Shown: positions 25,366 to 37,499 of the stretch, in pieces
How the letters are laid out: each line of letters starts with the position of its first letter
Numbering within the stretch: the stretch's first letter is position 1
From: Octopus vulgaris
Lineage: Eukaryota
Reading direction: 5' to 3'
DNA length: 64,000 bases
Assembly: GCA_951406725.2 (NCBI GenBank)
Contig: OX597815.1
Span: forward strand, 38,254,001 to 38,318,000
The notes under the pieces: generated by a model
Seen by the model: the letters and a program-made list of their open reading frames with translations, nothing else
The model's database searches: none
Told to the model about the DNA's origin: nothing
Position numbers and translations under genes: made by a program

Positions 25366-26787
25366 ATAAGCCTTTCTCTTCGTATGGTTGGCTCCTTTAC
25401 TACTTCTTCAGTTAACTGATCCTCACTTAGAGCATTCAAATGTGCCTTTTCGTTCTCAGCACATACTTCCTTAATTTTTCTACTTCTACTACCACACATT
25501 CTTCTCATCTTATCAATAGTTTTCTTTCACCCTCTCTATTGAAATACAAATTTTCGACATCTGCCTGTGGCTGTAATGCTTTGAATTTTACCAGTAATAA
25601 CTGTTTTCTATCTAATTACTCCAAGTCTACTATTGTTCATTTGCGTATTCTGACGCTGTACCTGGTAATGGTTACAGTCCTAGTGTTTATGGCAGAGATG
25701 ATGTTTTTAATCTAGATTTTAGCATCCTACGTATCCTTTTGGAATATTCCTTCCTAGCGTTATCATTCATTCTCCTAACCTTTATACCATCCGCTTGCAA
25801 GACTTCCAGATATCTATATGTATCATCTATGTTAATATCTTGTATTTTCTCATTCAGCGAATTTAAGCCATCGCTTTTATGGTATTTTCATTCCTTCATC
25901 ACAAAGTTCAATAAATTCCATTTTGATATCATTGCTAAACACTCTCACAGTATGTATATAGATCATCATTTCTCTCTCAGTCTTTCTGTATAGCTTTAGG
26001 TGGTCTATGGAGAGCAAATGGTTAACTATCCCTAGACTCTTCCAGTGCTATATCTAGCTTTAAGTTTTAAGTCACAGCAAAGAGCAGAGGTGATACGCAG
26101 CACCTTCGAAGACACAGTGATCTATTTGACTTCCTAGTGGGTGTCAACCAGCTGTTAGTTCCCTTTTCTAGTTTTCATTGTTTGCTCGTATAAGTTAAGT
26201 GATATTATTTACAATTTTGAGCACTTTGAGTATCTTTAAACATGTAAATCCGTGTATGCCCATGTCATATGTGTTTTTTCAGTCGATCCGCCCAAGTGCT
26301 AAACCATTCTGTCTTTTCTTACAATTTCTTATAGTCAGCTTGTTGATTAATATTTGGCATCTTTTCTGTTCGTTAGGGCATCAAAGGGCTGTGTTCCGCT
26401 AAACGTGAGTAAATCTTCTTTGCGAAATAGTCGCTAGTAGTTCCATGGTAGTAGTAAATTTATTATCGATATGAGGCTTAAAACCTCAGAACCTCTCTAC
26501 TTGTCTTTCATTATAAAGGTTGTTTTAGCTTCAGCCATCCAATTTCAGATAATTCCAACCTGAAAACTTCATTTCATAATTTAATGAGTCTCTGTATATC
26601 AATGTTTTTCATTTAGAAATTGTGTAGTCCGACAAGCCCGGAAGAATTCTCGTTAAGCAGATAGTTTTGCAATGAGATCTGAAGTGATTACTATATCGAT
26701 CCGTTGTCTTACTCTTCTTAGTTTGTTATCTACTCCTTTTATCCATCCCACCTCCTCGTTGTGGATATTTTCCTTCTTTTATCATTC

Positions 26788-27049
26788 CAAAATTTCTAGT
26801 CTTCTTTTCCTCTAGTGTTTCATCAATATGTCTCTCTACCAGCTGTAATTTTTCAAACATCTCTTAGATTATTTTCCAACCTTATTTGCCTAAACTGGTC
26901 TACTCTATGTCACTTTTCAAAATTTCTAGCCTTCTTTTCCTCTAGTGTTTCATCAATATGTCTCTCTACCAGCTGTAATTTTTCAAACATCTCTTAGATT
27001 ATTTTCCAACCTTATTTGCCTAAACTGGTCTACTCTATGTCACTTTTCA
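26788..27049. repeat. 130-bp near-perfect tandem duplication
   Basis: 26788-26917 repeated at 26918-27049 with about one substitution. Confidence 0.93.
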
Positions 27050-27072
27050 TTTCATTTCTATTAAAATATTTA

Positions 27073-27458
27073 GTGGAGGCGCAATGGCCCAGTGGTTAGG
27101 GCAGCGGACTCGCGGTCATAGGATCGCGATTTCGATTCCCAGACCGGGCGTTGTGAGTGTTTATTGAGCGAAAACACCTAAAGCTCCACGAGGCTCTGGC
27201 AGGGGATGGTGGTGATCCCTGCTGTACTCTTTCACCACAACTTTCTCTAACACTTACTTCCTGTTTCTGTTGTACCTGTATTTCAAAGGAGCCGGCCTTG
27301 TCACTCTCTGTGTCACGCTGAATATCCCCGAGAACTACGTTAAGGGTACACGTGTCTGTGGAGTGCTCAGCCACTTACACGTTAATTTCACGAGCAGGCT
27401 GTTCCGTTGATTCGGATCAACCGGAACCCTCATCGTCCTAACCGACGGAGTGCTTCCA
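27073..27458 (+). mobile_element. tRNA-derived SINE (second family) with 13-bp TSD
   Basis: A-box TGGCCCAGTGG, B-box-like TTCGATTCCC; TSD ATTAAAATATTTA at 27060-27072 and 27459-27471; partial copy at 44825-44982(-). Confidence 0.9.
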
Positions 27459-28559
27459 ATTAAAATATTTATTTTCATCGTTTCCTCATTTCGCAGTATT
27501 TTTTCCAGGGTTTGAACAACACTTTCTTTCTTTATTGCCCTTTCTTCAATGATCAGTAGTTAACTCATTTCACGTCTGAAATTTTTGATGCCTTCCATCC
27601 GCTTTTTTTTTTTTTCACCAAGGTATTTGTCTGCCCGTTCCCAGTTTATTTGCATGGTAGCCAACTTCTTTTCCTACACCTGCAAGAGCCTTGCATAGAT
27701 AATTTACTGCCAATGGAGAGGTGAAAGACACATATCCTATCATATTGCCAATTCCCTTCGTCTATTTTTTATCGTGTTTCTATAACCCTAAGGATAGTGA
27801 ACTTGTCATTATTATTTTTATTTCGTTCACATTGGTCTTATATCTTGTTCATTAATTCGATCTTGACACTTTGAATGTCTTGCCACGTTTTGAACTTAAT
27901 TTTCTTTTTTCCAACTCAGCGCTTTCTGGAATAGCTTAAGAACATGCTTCAATTTAATTACCTTCGCTTTCACCGTAGTGCTACGTTATATTTCTACATC
28001 TTGTTTAGTTTCTCCTAACCCCAGGCTCGAAAAATAAACACTATCATGCGTTATATAACAGCTGCATTCTCAGTTTCTATTCTGTCACTGGAAAAACGCC
28101 CGTTTCGTTCCAAAATTTAATATTTTCTCATATAATCTCTCATTTTCGGTTTAATCATTTTATTACTAGCTTGATCGGTTATGTCATACAGGTGGTTTTA
28201 ACTTGGTTTCTCTCACATTTACGAGTTAAAATTCTGAGCTAGAACAATTTTAACCGTTAGCAAAACCAGGGTTCATACTTGTATAGCATTAGGATGAAGA
28301 ACGACAAGGATATATTCTTCCATCACCCACCTATTGCCTTTGGCAGCTTCAACCCTATTATCTCAATTTTAGTTTCTATGATATCCGTAATCTTATTATT
28401 TGATAATTCCACTCATAATGAGTTTAGTTTTAAGGAGACAAAACCGCCGGAGAATTTATTGGGGATTACCAGCCAAAGCTAAATAGGATATCTTTCTCGT
28501 GCAACAGCATTAATTCCGCCAGATTGGTGATAGCGCATCGGAAAAAACTATGTAGTAAC

Positions 28560-28963
28560 CTTTTTTTCCAGCTTTTTACATTTTAAGTTCAAATACTATC
28601 GATGTCGACTTTGCCTTTCATAACTTCGGGATCTTTAAAATCAAGTACCAGTTAAGTACAAGAGTCAAAATATAATCTACTGCATCCCCTGCGCTAAGAA
28701 TTGTTGGCCCTGTATATAGAATTACCATTATTATAGGCATGATTGTTGCTGTACTGGACGAATGTTTTGTAGCATTTATTCCGTCTTTATGCTATGAGTC
28801 TAAATGCCGCCCAGGTTATCTTTGCCTTTCATCCTTTCGGGACCGATAAACTGAACACTATTTGAGCACTGGCATTGATGTAATCGACTAGCTCGTCACT
28901 TCTCTCCACAAAAAATTCAGGATTTGTGCCTATAGTAGAAAGGATTATTAAACAGTAGAAAGG

Positions 28964-29010
<47 letters not shown>

Positions 29011-29935
29011 TCTAATATAGGTAGAAGGCAAGAAGAGAGATGGTTAATGGCTACGATCGAACCCAGTACTTGACCGAATCCAGTGCTTTATTTTATCAAC
29101 CTAGAAAAGAGCTAAGACCAAATTTTATTCAGCACCGTTTGAATATAGGCTATAGAAAACCAGACGAAATGAATATTATTGCAAATAATAAAATAATTTA
29201 ACTTGGGAGAAGAGAAATTCATTGCTCCAGAAATTATCCAATAACAGCGGATAGAAAAATTACCCACCAAATCGAGAAAACTGGCTGAAAGATATCTGTA
29301 TAAGTATTTACTCTGTTAGCTTTACAAGTCATTGTCACATATAATTAATTAATGTATTATAAATGTGTGAATTATTCGTCGTTCTCATGCTATTTTAAAA
29401 CTGACAAATATTTCAAATATAAACTGATTCAATTAGGTCATATTTATGAGTTTGGAAACCTTTTGAATTTGTTGCGCAAAAATTACAAAAAAATAGTGCA
29501 TGTGAAAAAACGCAGTACCAGCATAAATAAAAAATGAAAACGGTACCCGAAAGAAATGACAAGAATCTGAATAGAGGTCTGAAGATCACATCTAATACCT
29601 TGCACATAAAATAGGAAAAGGCATACATAGAGGAGCGGAATATGTTTCTATTCCTGACGCATATTTTACAGAGATACTCTACCCATAAAACTTGGAGGAA
29701 ACATTTTCAAATAATAACTACAGCCCAAGCAACAACAACATCAACAATAATAATTATTATTATCCCTTCTACGATAGGCACAAAGCCTCAAATTTGTGGT
29801 GTGGGGTAAGTGGATCACATCGATTCCAGTATATGACTGGTACTTCATTTATCGACCCCGAGAGGATGAAAAGCAGAGTCGACCTCAGCGGAATTTGAAT
29901 TCAGAATGTAAAGACGGACGAAATGCCGCTAAGCG
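28560..29935. mobile_element. Cluster of degenerate CORE-like SINE copies (third family)
   Basis: Recurrent GAGTTCAAAT..GTCGACTTTGCCTTTCATCCTTTCGGGGTCGATAAAATAAGTACCAG-like block at ~28580 and ~28795 (+), ~29060 and ~29830 (-); also 31290-31410(-) and 32756-32930(+). Confidence 0.7.
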
Positions 29936-30109
29936 TAATTCCTAAGATATCAGATAGGTGTGTTGTGCACATATAGTTCTGATGCATGTGGCTGGTGTAC
30001 CCTTATCAGAGGTGTAGTCACAGTGGGTAAATTAGGCCTCGTATAACTGTGCCCCAGTGTCACTTTGATGGCATGTTCTGCTCTCCCATTCAATGAAATA
30101 TAAGAAGTA

Positions 30110-30905
30110 GAAAGTTGCTAACAGTCACAACGCACTCCATTCTAAAATTAATACCAACCGACTCTATGTACCAAGAAGAGAGGGTAGCAGAGGATCATTA
30201 ACCGCGGAAGACACTGTGGGTGCTATGATACTGTGTCTGAAAATTGTTGTGCAGAGTAAAGAAAGAATACTTTCGGCAGCAAAGAGATACCCAAAAAGTG
30301 ACCGAAACATTAGGAGAATTCAAAGAGAAAAGGAAGAACAGTGGAATAAACAAACTGAAAGAAATGGAACTGCATGGCCAATCCATGCTCCAAACCGAAA
30401 ATGTTGACGGACGAGAAATTGAAACGAGAAATTGAAATTTTGATTATGGTTGCCCAAGAAAAAGGCTGTTGAACAAATCTTATATAGGTAAAGATTGACA
30501 AAACTCAGTCAGACAACGGTTATAGCATCTGAAGGAAAGGGGGTGAGTGTATCAATCACATTTTGAATGGGTGCACTAAAAAACACAAAAGAAGTATAAA
30601 CCTAGACGTGACTGAGTGCATTGGGATGTTAGCCGAGAGCGTGGCTTTAAAATAACAGAAAAGTGGTATGAACATAAATCAGATGCTGTGAGGGAAAGTG
30701 AGAATTGCAGGATCTTCTTGGATTCCTCCACAAAAACTGACCGTACTAATGATGTAAGCAAACCAGACATGATTACAAAGGACAAAACAAATAATGTAAG
30801 ATTAGATTTTACAATCCCCTATGATTGCAAAGTCAACACCAAATAAATTGAAAAAGTTGAGATATATTAGCATCCAGCCAGAGAGCTGAGGAGTCAGTGA
30901 GAGAC
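30110..30905 (+). mobile_element. R4/Dong-type LINE 3' fragment, decayed
   Basis: RLYVPRREGSRG; VHWDVSRERGFKITEKWYEHK...KPDMITKDK...LDFTIPYD (RLE). Confidence 0.8.
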
Positions 30906-30925
30906 AATAACAACAATTATTCTTT

Positions 30926-31215
30926 AGGAGTGGCTGTGTGGTAAGTAGCTTGCTTACGAACCACATGGTTCCAGGTTCAGTTCCACTGCGTGGTACCTTG
31001 GGCAAGTGTCTTTTACTATAGCGACGGGCCGACCGAAGCCTTGTGAGTGGATTTGGTAGACGGAAACTGAAAGAAGCCCGTCGTATATGTGTATATATAT
31101 GTATATATGTATGTATGTGTATATGTTTGTGTGTCTGTGTTTGTCCCCCCCCCCCCAACATCGCTTGACAACCGATGCTGGTGTGTTTACGCCCCCGGAA
31201 CTTAGCGGTTCGGCA
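30926..31215 (+). mobile_element. tRNA-derived SINE (3'-truncated)
   Basis: Matches 24978-25260. Confidence 0.88.
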
Positions 31216-31818
31216 TAGATGATAATTATAGTTTCAAATTTGAGCAGAGTTCCAAAAGTTTTTTGAAGGGAGAAGGAGGTCAATTACATCAACCCAATAC
31301 TTGACTGATATTTATTTTATCGACCCGAAAAGATGAAAAGCAAAGTTGACCTCGGCGGAATTTGAACTCAGAGCGATGAAATGCCGATAAGAATTTTGTC
31401 TGGCGTGTAAACGAAATCCGGGCATTCAGGAAAATGCAGGCTGCGACAGCCACTGACTTTGTTTAATATCGATTCCCGCCTTCTTAGCAGGTCCCTTTGT
31501 CGTCGCCATCTCACGACAGTCCAAATTTTATTGATATGAAACTTTGATGTAGTAACATTAAATATACATCTATACATATTTGTATCTGTGAGTATGTGTG
31601 TATGTGTGTGTGTGTGTGTACACGTCCGCACACACACACACATATGATAGTGAGTATAAACTTGTTTCATTAAACCATGTTCACACTCAATGCCTCAGTT
31701 TTAATATTTTGAGAGCATGACCATAGTTTTTCTTGTGCGCATGTGTATATATGTATGTATGTATGTATGTATGCAGATATACAGAAACATAGCCACATGT
31801 ACACGTGCACACACACAA

Positions 31819-31851
<33 letters not shown>

Positions 31852-31905
31852 CATACACACATACATACATACATACATACATACATACATACATACATAC
31901 ATACA

Positions 31906-31937
<32 letters not shown>

Positions 31938-32532
31938 GAAAATACACACATATAAAATGCAGTCTGTCCAATAATGAGTGTGACCTTTCCTTCTCAATGC
32001 AAAAATGATTTCGAACTACAGCTTCTTCAACAGCTATCATAAAATGGCATTTTAGTTAATGCAATGCAGCATCATGACATTTTGGTATTGTGTACAAACA
32101 TTTCTCACTTCAGACCACACTTGAAAGACAACATTTATTACATATAATACACTAGCAGACATATGTCCATTCAGTCGTACAGGAATTATGATAACTGAAT
32201 ATGTTTCAAGCACCCTTGAATGGTTAACAGGAAGACCAGCCATTGATAAGACAGCCTTGTTTATAACTTGAACATTTGAGATTAGTGATATCATAGGGGC
32301 TTCCATTCCTTGCGCCTCGTATCAATATTGCTTGTTTATTACGCCTCTCTGTATAAATACATTGAATATATTTTCTCCCTGCTGCTGTATCATTTGCGTA
32401 TCCATATTCATAGCATTATGTGTATCTTAACATTAGGATTTTGTTATTATCATCTGCTATCCTTATGCATTATAAATACATCATCTACACAGCGGCTATC
32501 TTGTTTACTTAAAGACTGTCTGCTATTTCTAC

Positions 32533-32638
<106 letters not shown>

Positions 32639-32651
32639 GTTTCTCTGTCTG

Positions 32652-32732
<81 letters not shown>

Positions 32733-32956
32733 AATATATACACACACACACATGAAAGGTGAGCTAGCAGAATCGTTAGCGGCATTTCGTCCGTCTTGAC
32801 GTTCAGAGTTCAGATTCTGTGGAAGTCAATTTTGATTCCCATCCTTTTGGGATCGACAAAATAAATAACAGTTCAGCATTGGGGTCGATATAATCGACAT
32901 TCTCACTCACCCGAAATTGCTGAAACTTGAAACCGATATGTATGTATATGTGTTTG

Positions 32957-33009
<53 letters not shown>

Positions 33010-33057
33010 TCATAACAAACGTAAATATAGAATATATTTAATAGCTAGCACGAATAG

Positions 33058-33118
<61 letters not shown>

Positions 33119-33180
33119 TATATATATATATCTATATATATATATAGATATATATATATGTATGTATATATATATATATA

Positions 33181-33534
33181 TATAAAATCCGTTCTGCCTG
33201 TGTGTAATTCTTCTCGGATCTCGAATATCCTCCATCCGATTGCGCTCAAATTTGATATGTAGATACCGACAGTATCAGGGCGTGTATAAGTCTTGGAAAC
33301 ATTCCAAAAATCGATTCCAGGTGAGAATGTGATCAATAAAGCCGTGGGAACGTGCATTTGTATGCGCAAGTACATCAGTCAAAATCCGTCTTTTGCTGGT
33401 GTCTCAAATTTAGGTTAAATAAGTTTTTCTCAAAGGGGAGGCCTATGGGACGGTCGGACAAGTTGTTTTGAGAAAATTTGATTTAAATGCTTGACAACTC
33501 AGCACCGTCCATTGGACGTGGAGAGCGTTTTGCT

Positions 33535-33538
<4 letters not shown>
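33181..33538 (+). mobile_element. Probable non-autonomous Helitron 5' fragment
   Basis: TATAAAATCCGTTCTGCCTGTGTGT..CCGATTGCGCTCAAATTTGAT start resembles the 5' end of the Helitrons at 48890-49641; 3' CTAG end not seen. Confidence 0.45.
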
Positions 33539-33572
<34 letters not shown>

Positions 33573-33599
33573 TATAAATATGTATGTATATGTGTATAC

Positions 33600-33980
33600 T
33601 CTTACTCTTTTACTCTCTTACATATTTCAGTCGTTTGACTGTGGCATGCTCGAGCACCGCCTTTTAGTCGAGCAAATTGACCCCAGGACTTATTCTTTCT
33701 AAGTCTACCACTTATCCTATCTGTCACTTTCGCCGAACCGCTAGGTTACGGTGACGTATACACACAAGCATCGGTTGTCAAGCGATGTTGGGGGGACAAA
33801 CATATACACACACATACATATATACATATATACATATATACGACGGGCTTCTTTCAGTTTGCCTCAACCAAATCCACTCACAAGGCTTTGTGGGCCAGAG
33901 GCAATAGTAGAAGACACTAGCCCAAGGTGCCACACAGTGGGACTGAACCCGGAACCATGTGACTGGTAAGCAAGCTACTT
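33600..33980 (-). mobile_element. SINE body split by an insertion (its head continues at 35550-35590)
   Basis: Reverse complement of the 24978 family; the sequence breaks at GTAAGCAAGCTACTT and resumes at 35550. Confidence 0.88.
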
Positions 33981-35549
33981 TATTTCATCTTATTTGCCAT
34001 AAAGACAGTATACAGAGTAGCTGCGGGCTGGACAAACACATTAATGAATGAAAATGAAAAATGAATAAATGAGAGACGAAACCCAACACCTGCCGATTGG
34101 ATTTTTCTCGAAAACATATTTTCTTTTTTTTCAAGATCACTAAGATGTTTCAAACCTCTTACAAAAAGGAGGCATTCAAACCTCTTACTTAACGTGTTTT
34201 TTTTTCTTTAAAAAAAACACACAACTATTGTTGCTCGACTTCTTCCTTTTTAATCCTCTTTGGATTGAACCACATCCACCTCTCCCTTTGACCGGGTAGG
34301 GGAAATGACTTCTAGTGATTGTTCCAGGACCTTACCATGGTCCTGTGGGCAGTTCTTTTTAATATGGCCTGGCTGCAGGCACGAGTGACACTTGGGGGAC
34401 GTCCCTCAAGTATCACCGGATACCTGCAGTCAGCCATTTAAAAAAATCTGGAAAAACCAGATCTGTTGCGGCCGATGTGGTCCACAGGGTCAAAATCACA
34501 TTTGACCCTTCCCAATCAACCGCCGGCGATACCCTTACATTTAAGAGCCTGGGCCCGCTATCCCCAGTCCCCGTCGGATGTTATCTTAAATCCAACCCAC
34601 CTCGGTGTCTAGGGGTAACCCACATACCCAGGCTCTTATTAATTTCCTCCCGTAGTACGACGGGAGGAACAGAATTTCGGTGTCCTCCAAGGGCTGGCTC
34701 GCGAAATTGCGAGCCTCTTCGTGATATCAAACAGCAACCATACGGTTGCATGCTTGACACCACGTGATATGAATTTCACAAAGGACAAATAGTCTTTTAG
34801 TTCTTTTTCTATAGCTGGTTTTGGGAAGACGGTGATGGCATCAAGAACTTTTGAGTAAGTTCTAACCACGACCGTCCTCTCCTCCATATCTTTTAACCAC
34901 TGTTTGAGTGGGATAATTTCCCACTCCAAGATAGGGTTCTTCTTTTTAAGTTCCTTCTCTGCCATGTCTAAAGAAAAAAAAGCAGTTCAAAAGCAGTTCA
35001 TAAAAACAGTCCACCAAAAATTAAAACCGAATAAAAATAGAAGAAACACAAGATAAAAGAGAAGGAAAAGAAACTGAAATTAAAATAATGAGAAAAATGG
35101 AAGAAGGGAAAAAATAAAAATAAAACAATACACACAGATAGAACGGACAGGGAATCTACGGTTCTGTATAATACTCCAACAGGTAAATCCAACAGTCAGG
35201 GTTCATCTCGATAGTACTCCAGATACGTAAACTCCAGTCAACCACTTTTTCTAGCGAAATACGCCCACCAGAATGTACAAGTTATTTGGCAAAAAAACGC
35301 CACACAGAATTTTACTCCAAATAAGTTTTCAAAAAATTTTCAGTCCACCGTTATCGCGACGAGAACACAATTGTTTTTCTCGCTAGAGCAAGCTACAATT
35401 TAAAGCCACCAAGGCAGACGAAATTGCCCCAGAGCTAGGCAGGAACTTACTTGCAGTCGCGCCTCTTCAATAGTTCTTTAAATCAGGACAGCCCCCAAAG
35501 CACGTCCCGACAGTGTTCACTTCAGCAAGTAACTAACAAACACGCATGC
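33981..35549 (-). mobile_element. ORF1-only (HAL1-like) non-LTR element with 15-bp TSD
   Basis: TSD GTAAGCAAGCTACTT at 33966-33980 and 35550-35564; frameshifted ORF from ATG 34965 to ~34250 with FLPSYYGRKLIRAWVCGLP and VILEGRP/KCHSCLQPGHIKKNCP (CCHC knuckle); no EN/RT sequence; AATAAA at the 3' junction. Confidence 0.8.
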
Positions 35550-35659
35550 GTAAGCAAGCTACTTACCACACAGCCACTCCTACACCTATATATATATTTA
35601 TATAGGCGTAGGAGTGGCTGTGTGGTAAGTAGCTTGCTTACTTATGTATATATATATAT

Positions 35660-35948
35660 TGAAACCCCCTTCGGTCATGACTGACCATGGAATTTCACCT
35701 AGAAAGTTACCCTCCCAGGCAAGGTTGTTTATGGAAGACCAGCATTTGCCCATGCATACCGGCCTCCCCTCTCCACGCCACCAGTGTTATCCAAGGGAAA
35801 AGCAACAACAGATACAGCTGTGAAGTCGCAACTCATTTCTATAGCTGAGTCAACTGGAGTAACGTGAAATAAAGTGTCTTGCTCAAGAGCACAACACGCA
35901 GCCTGGTCCGGGATCGTAAGCTCTGACCACTGAGCCATGCGTCTTCAC
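35660..35948. mobile_element. SINE-like repeat fragment
   Basis: Minus-strand tRNA-like head GCATGGCTCAGTGGTCAGAGC..CGATCCCGGACC at ~35905-35941. Confidence 0.6.
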
Positions 35949-35951
35949 ATA

Positions 35952-36079
35952 AATTAAAGAAAACAAATTATATATATACTATTTCTCATAATCTAATAAC
36001 AAACACCCCTGGATTTCGTTTTGGGAATACTAATATTGAGTGCGAGTATATGTTTATATATACATACACACATAAATAA

Positions 36080-36122
<43 letters not shown>

Positions 36123-36199
36123 GCATTCCCAAAACGAAATGTTTGTTATGTGTTTGTTATTATGAGAAGTAGTATATATATAATTTGTTTTCTTTAATT
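35952..36199. repeat. Imperfect ~80-bp-arm inverted repeat around a (TA)n tract
   Basis: 35952-36034 vs 36119-36199. Confidence 0.8.
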
Positions 36200-36543
36200 G
36201 TCAACGTGGATATGATTTCAAGCCTCCGTCTAAAGTCCCGTATTTATAACCAGTGTCTCATGTGTATCGTTGCTAAATTTTACTTCATGGGGACAAGACG
36301 ATGTGTGCTAAATCCCCCTCTAGATAAGATGTTGTTATCAGAAATTTTTGCTATCAATTACCGACAATAAGGGGACATGAGTCGCATAAAATCATGTGCG
36401 TTACCGGAATAGATAACGAGACGCCTGCGGTAGATTTAAACTTTAAAATATTTTGATTTCCTAAATGTTCTTTCTTTCCTTCGTTTCTGTTCTATCTCCG
36501 TCTTCATTTGTTTTCAATCTACACTCTCTGAACACCCGTATAT

Positions 36544-36613
<70 letters not shown>

Positions 36614-37455
36614 ACATATACACACAGATGTATATAAGTGCAGAAGACAGGCACAGAGCGAAAAGTCGTTAGAGGCATATTCAATAAATAGCTTCTCGAT
36701 AAAATTGTGTGAAAATATGCAATCTTAAACTTTGTATTCATGTATATTTTCTCTAGAGAACAGACACACAGAAACACACACATACACACACATATACACG
36801 CATGTATGTGTGTACGTTTGCTGGTGTACATATACATTTATATACACTTACAGACACATGTAATTCAGCCTAACCATATTCGTTGTTTAACGCAAGTAAT
36901 GTAGTAGTAGTAGTAGTATCGCATTGTATTAGGTAGTCACTTCATATTATTCCAGATGGGTCATGAGATCAGATATCTGGCAGTCTAAATGTTTAAGCCA
37001 GGCTAGACAGCTTTCGTACCTATCATCATCCGACGGCAACAACGTCGCGAAGGTAGTTTGATTTACTGGTTGTGGATTTGAGTCATTCATTTTGCTTTGA
37101 ACTTTCTGTCGTCTAGAAGCTATCCAGAAGGAAACTCCTCTAATGTTGACAATTAGATTATATTTCTGATATCCAAGGAAAGTGATATTTCCTGGTTGCA
37201 TTAATAACTGATGCATCGAAGTATGCACTAGCTTTATCACCGATACTCCATGTTATTAAAATTTATCCAGATATCTGGTTCGTGATTTCCCAGACGAATA
37301 TATATTACCCAGTACGTTTTATTCCATATGCCTCATCACCAGAAAAATAATTAAGTGGTGATAAACAATTTTCGTTCAAAAGAGATACAGGACAATAGAT
37401 TTTATATAAATAGATTTTATATATATGCATATACGTGCGTGTGTGTGTGCGTGCA

Positions 37456-37499
<44 letters not shown>

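Larger units (their letters stand above)
24430..28150 (-). mobile_element. Heavily decayed R4/Dong-type LINE interrupted by two SINEs
   Basis: Minus-strand remnants LGRID*KNTYD (~26265-26298), YRYLE (~25805) and WLKKGMLKKEIESTVLVAQKETIRT (~24850-24925), colinear with the element at 671-3605. Boundaries approximate. Confidence 0.7.

Noticed and set aside
31950-32310. Possible host exon (84-aa minus ORF)
   Set aside because: No recognisable motif, no convincing splice sites and no neighbouring exons.
36947-37240. Possible host exon or transposase fragment (97-aa minus ORF)
   Set aside because: No recognisable domain; cannot be supported without a database search.
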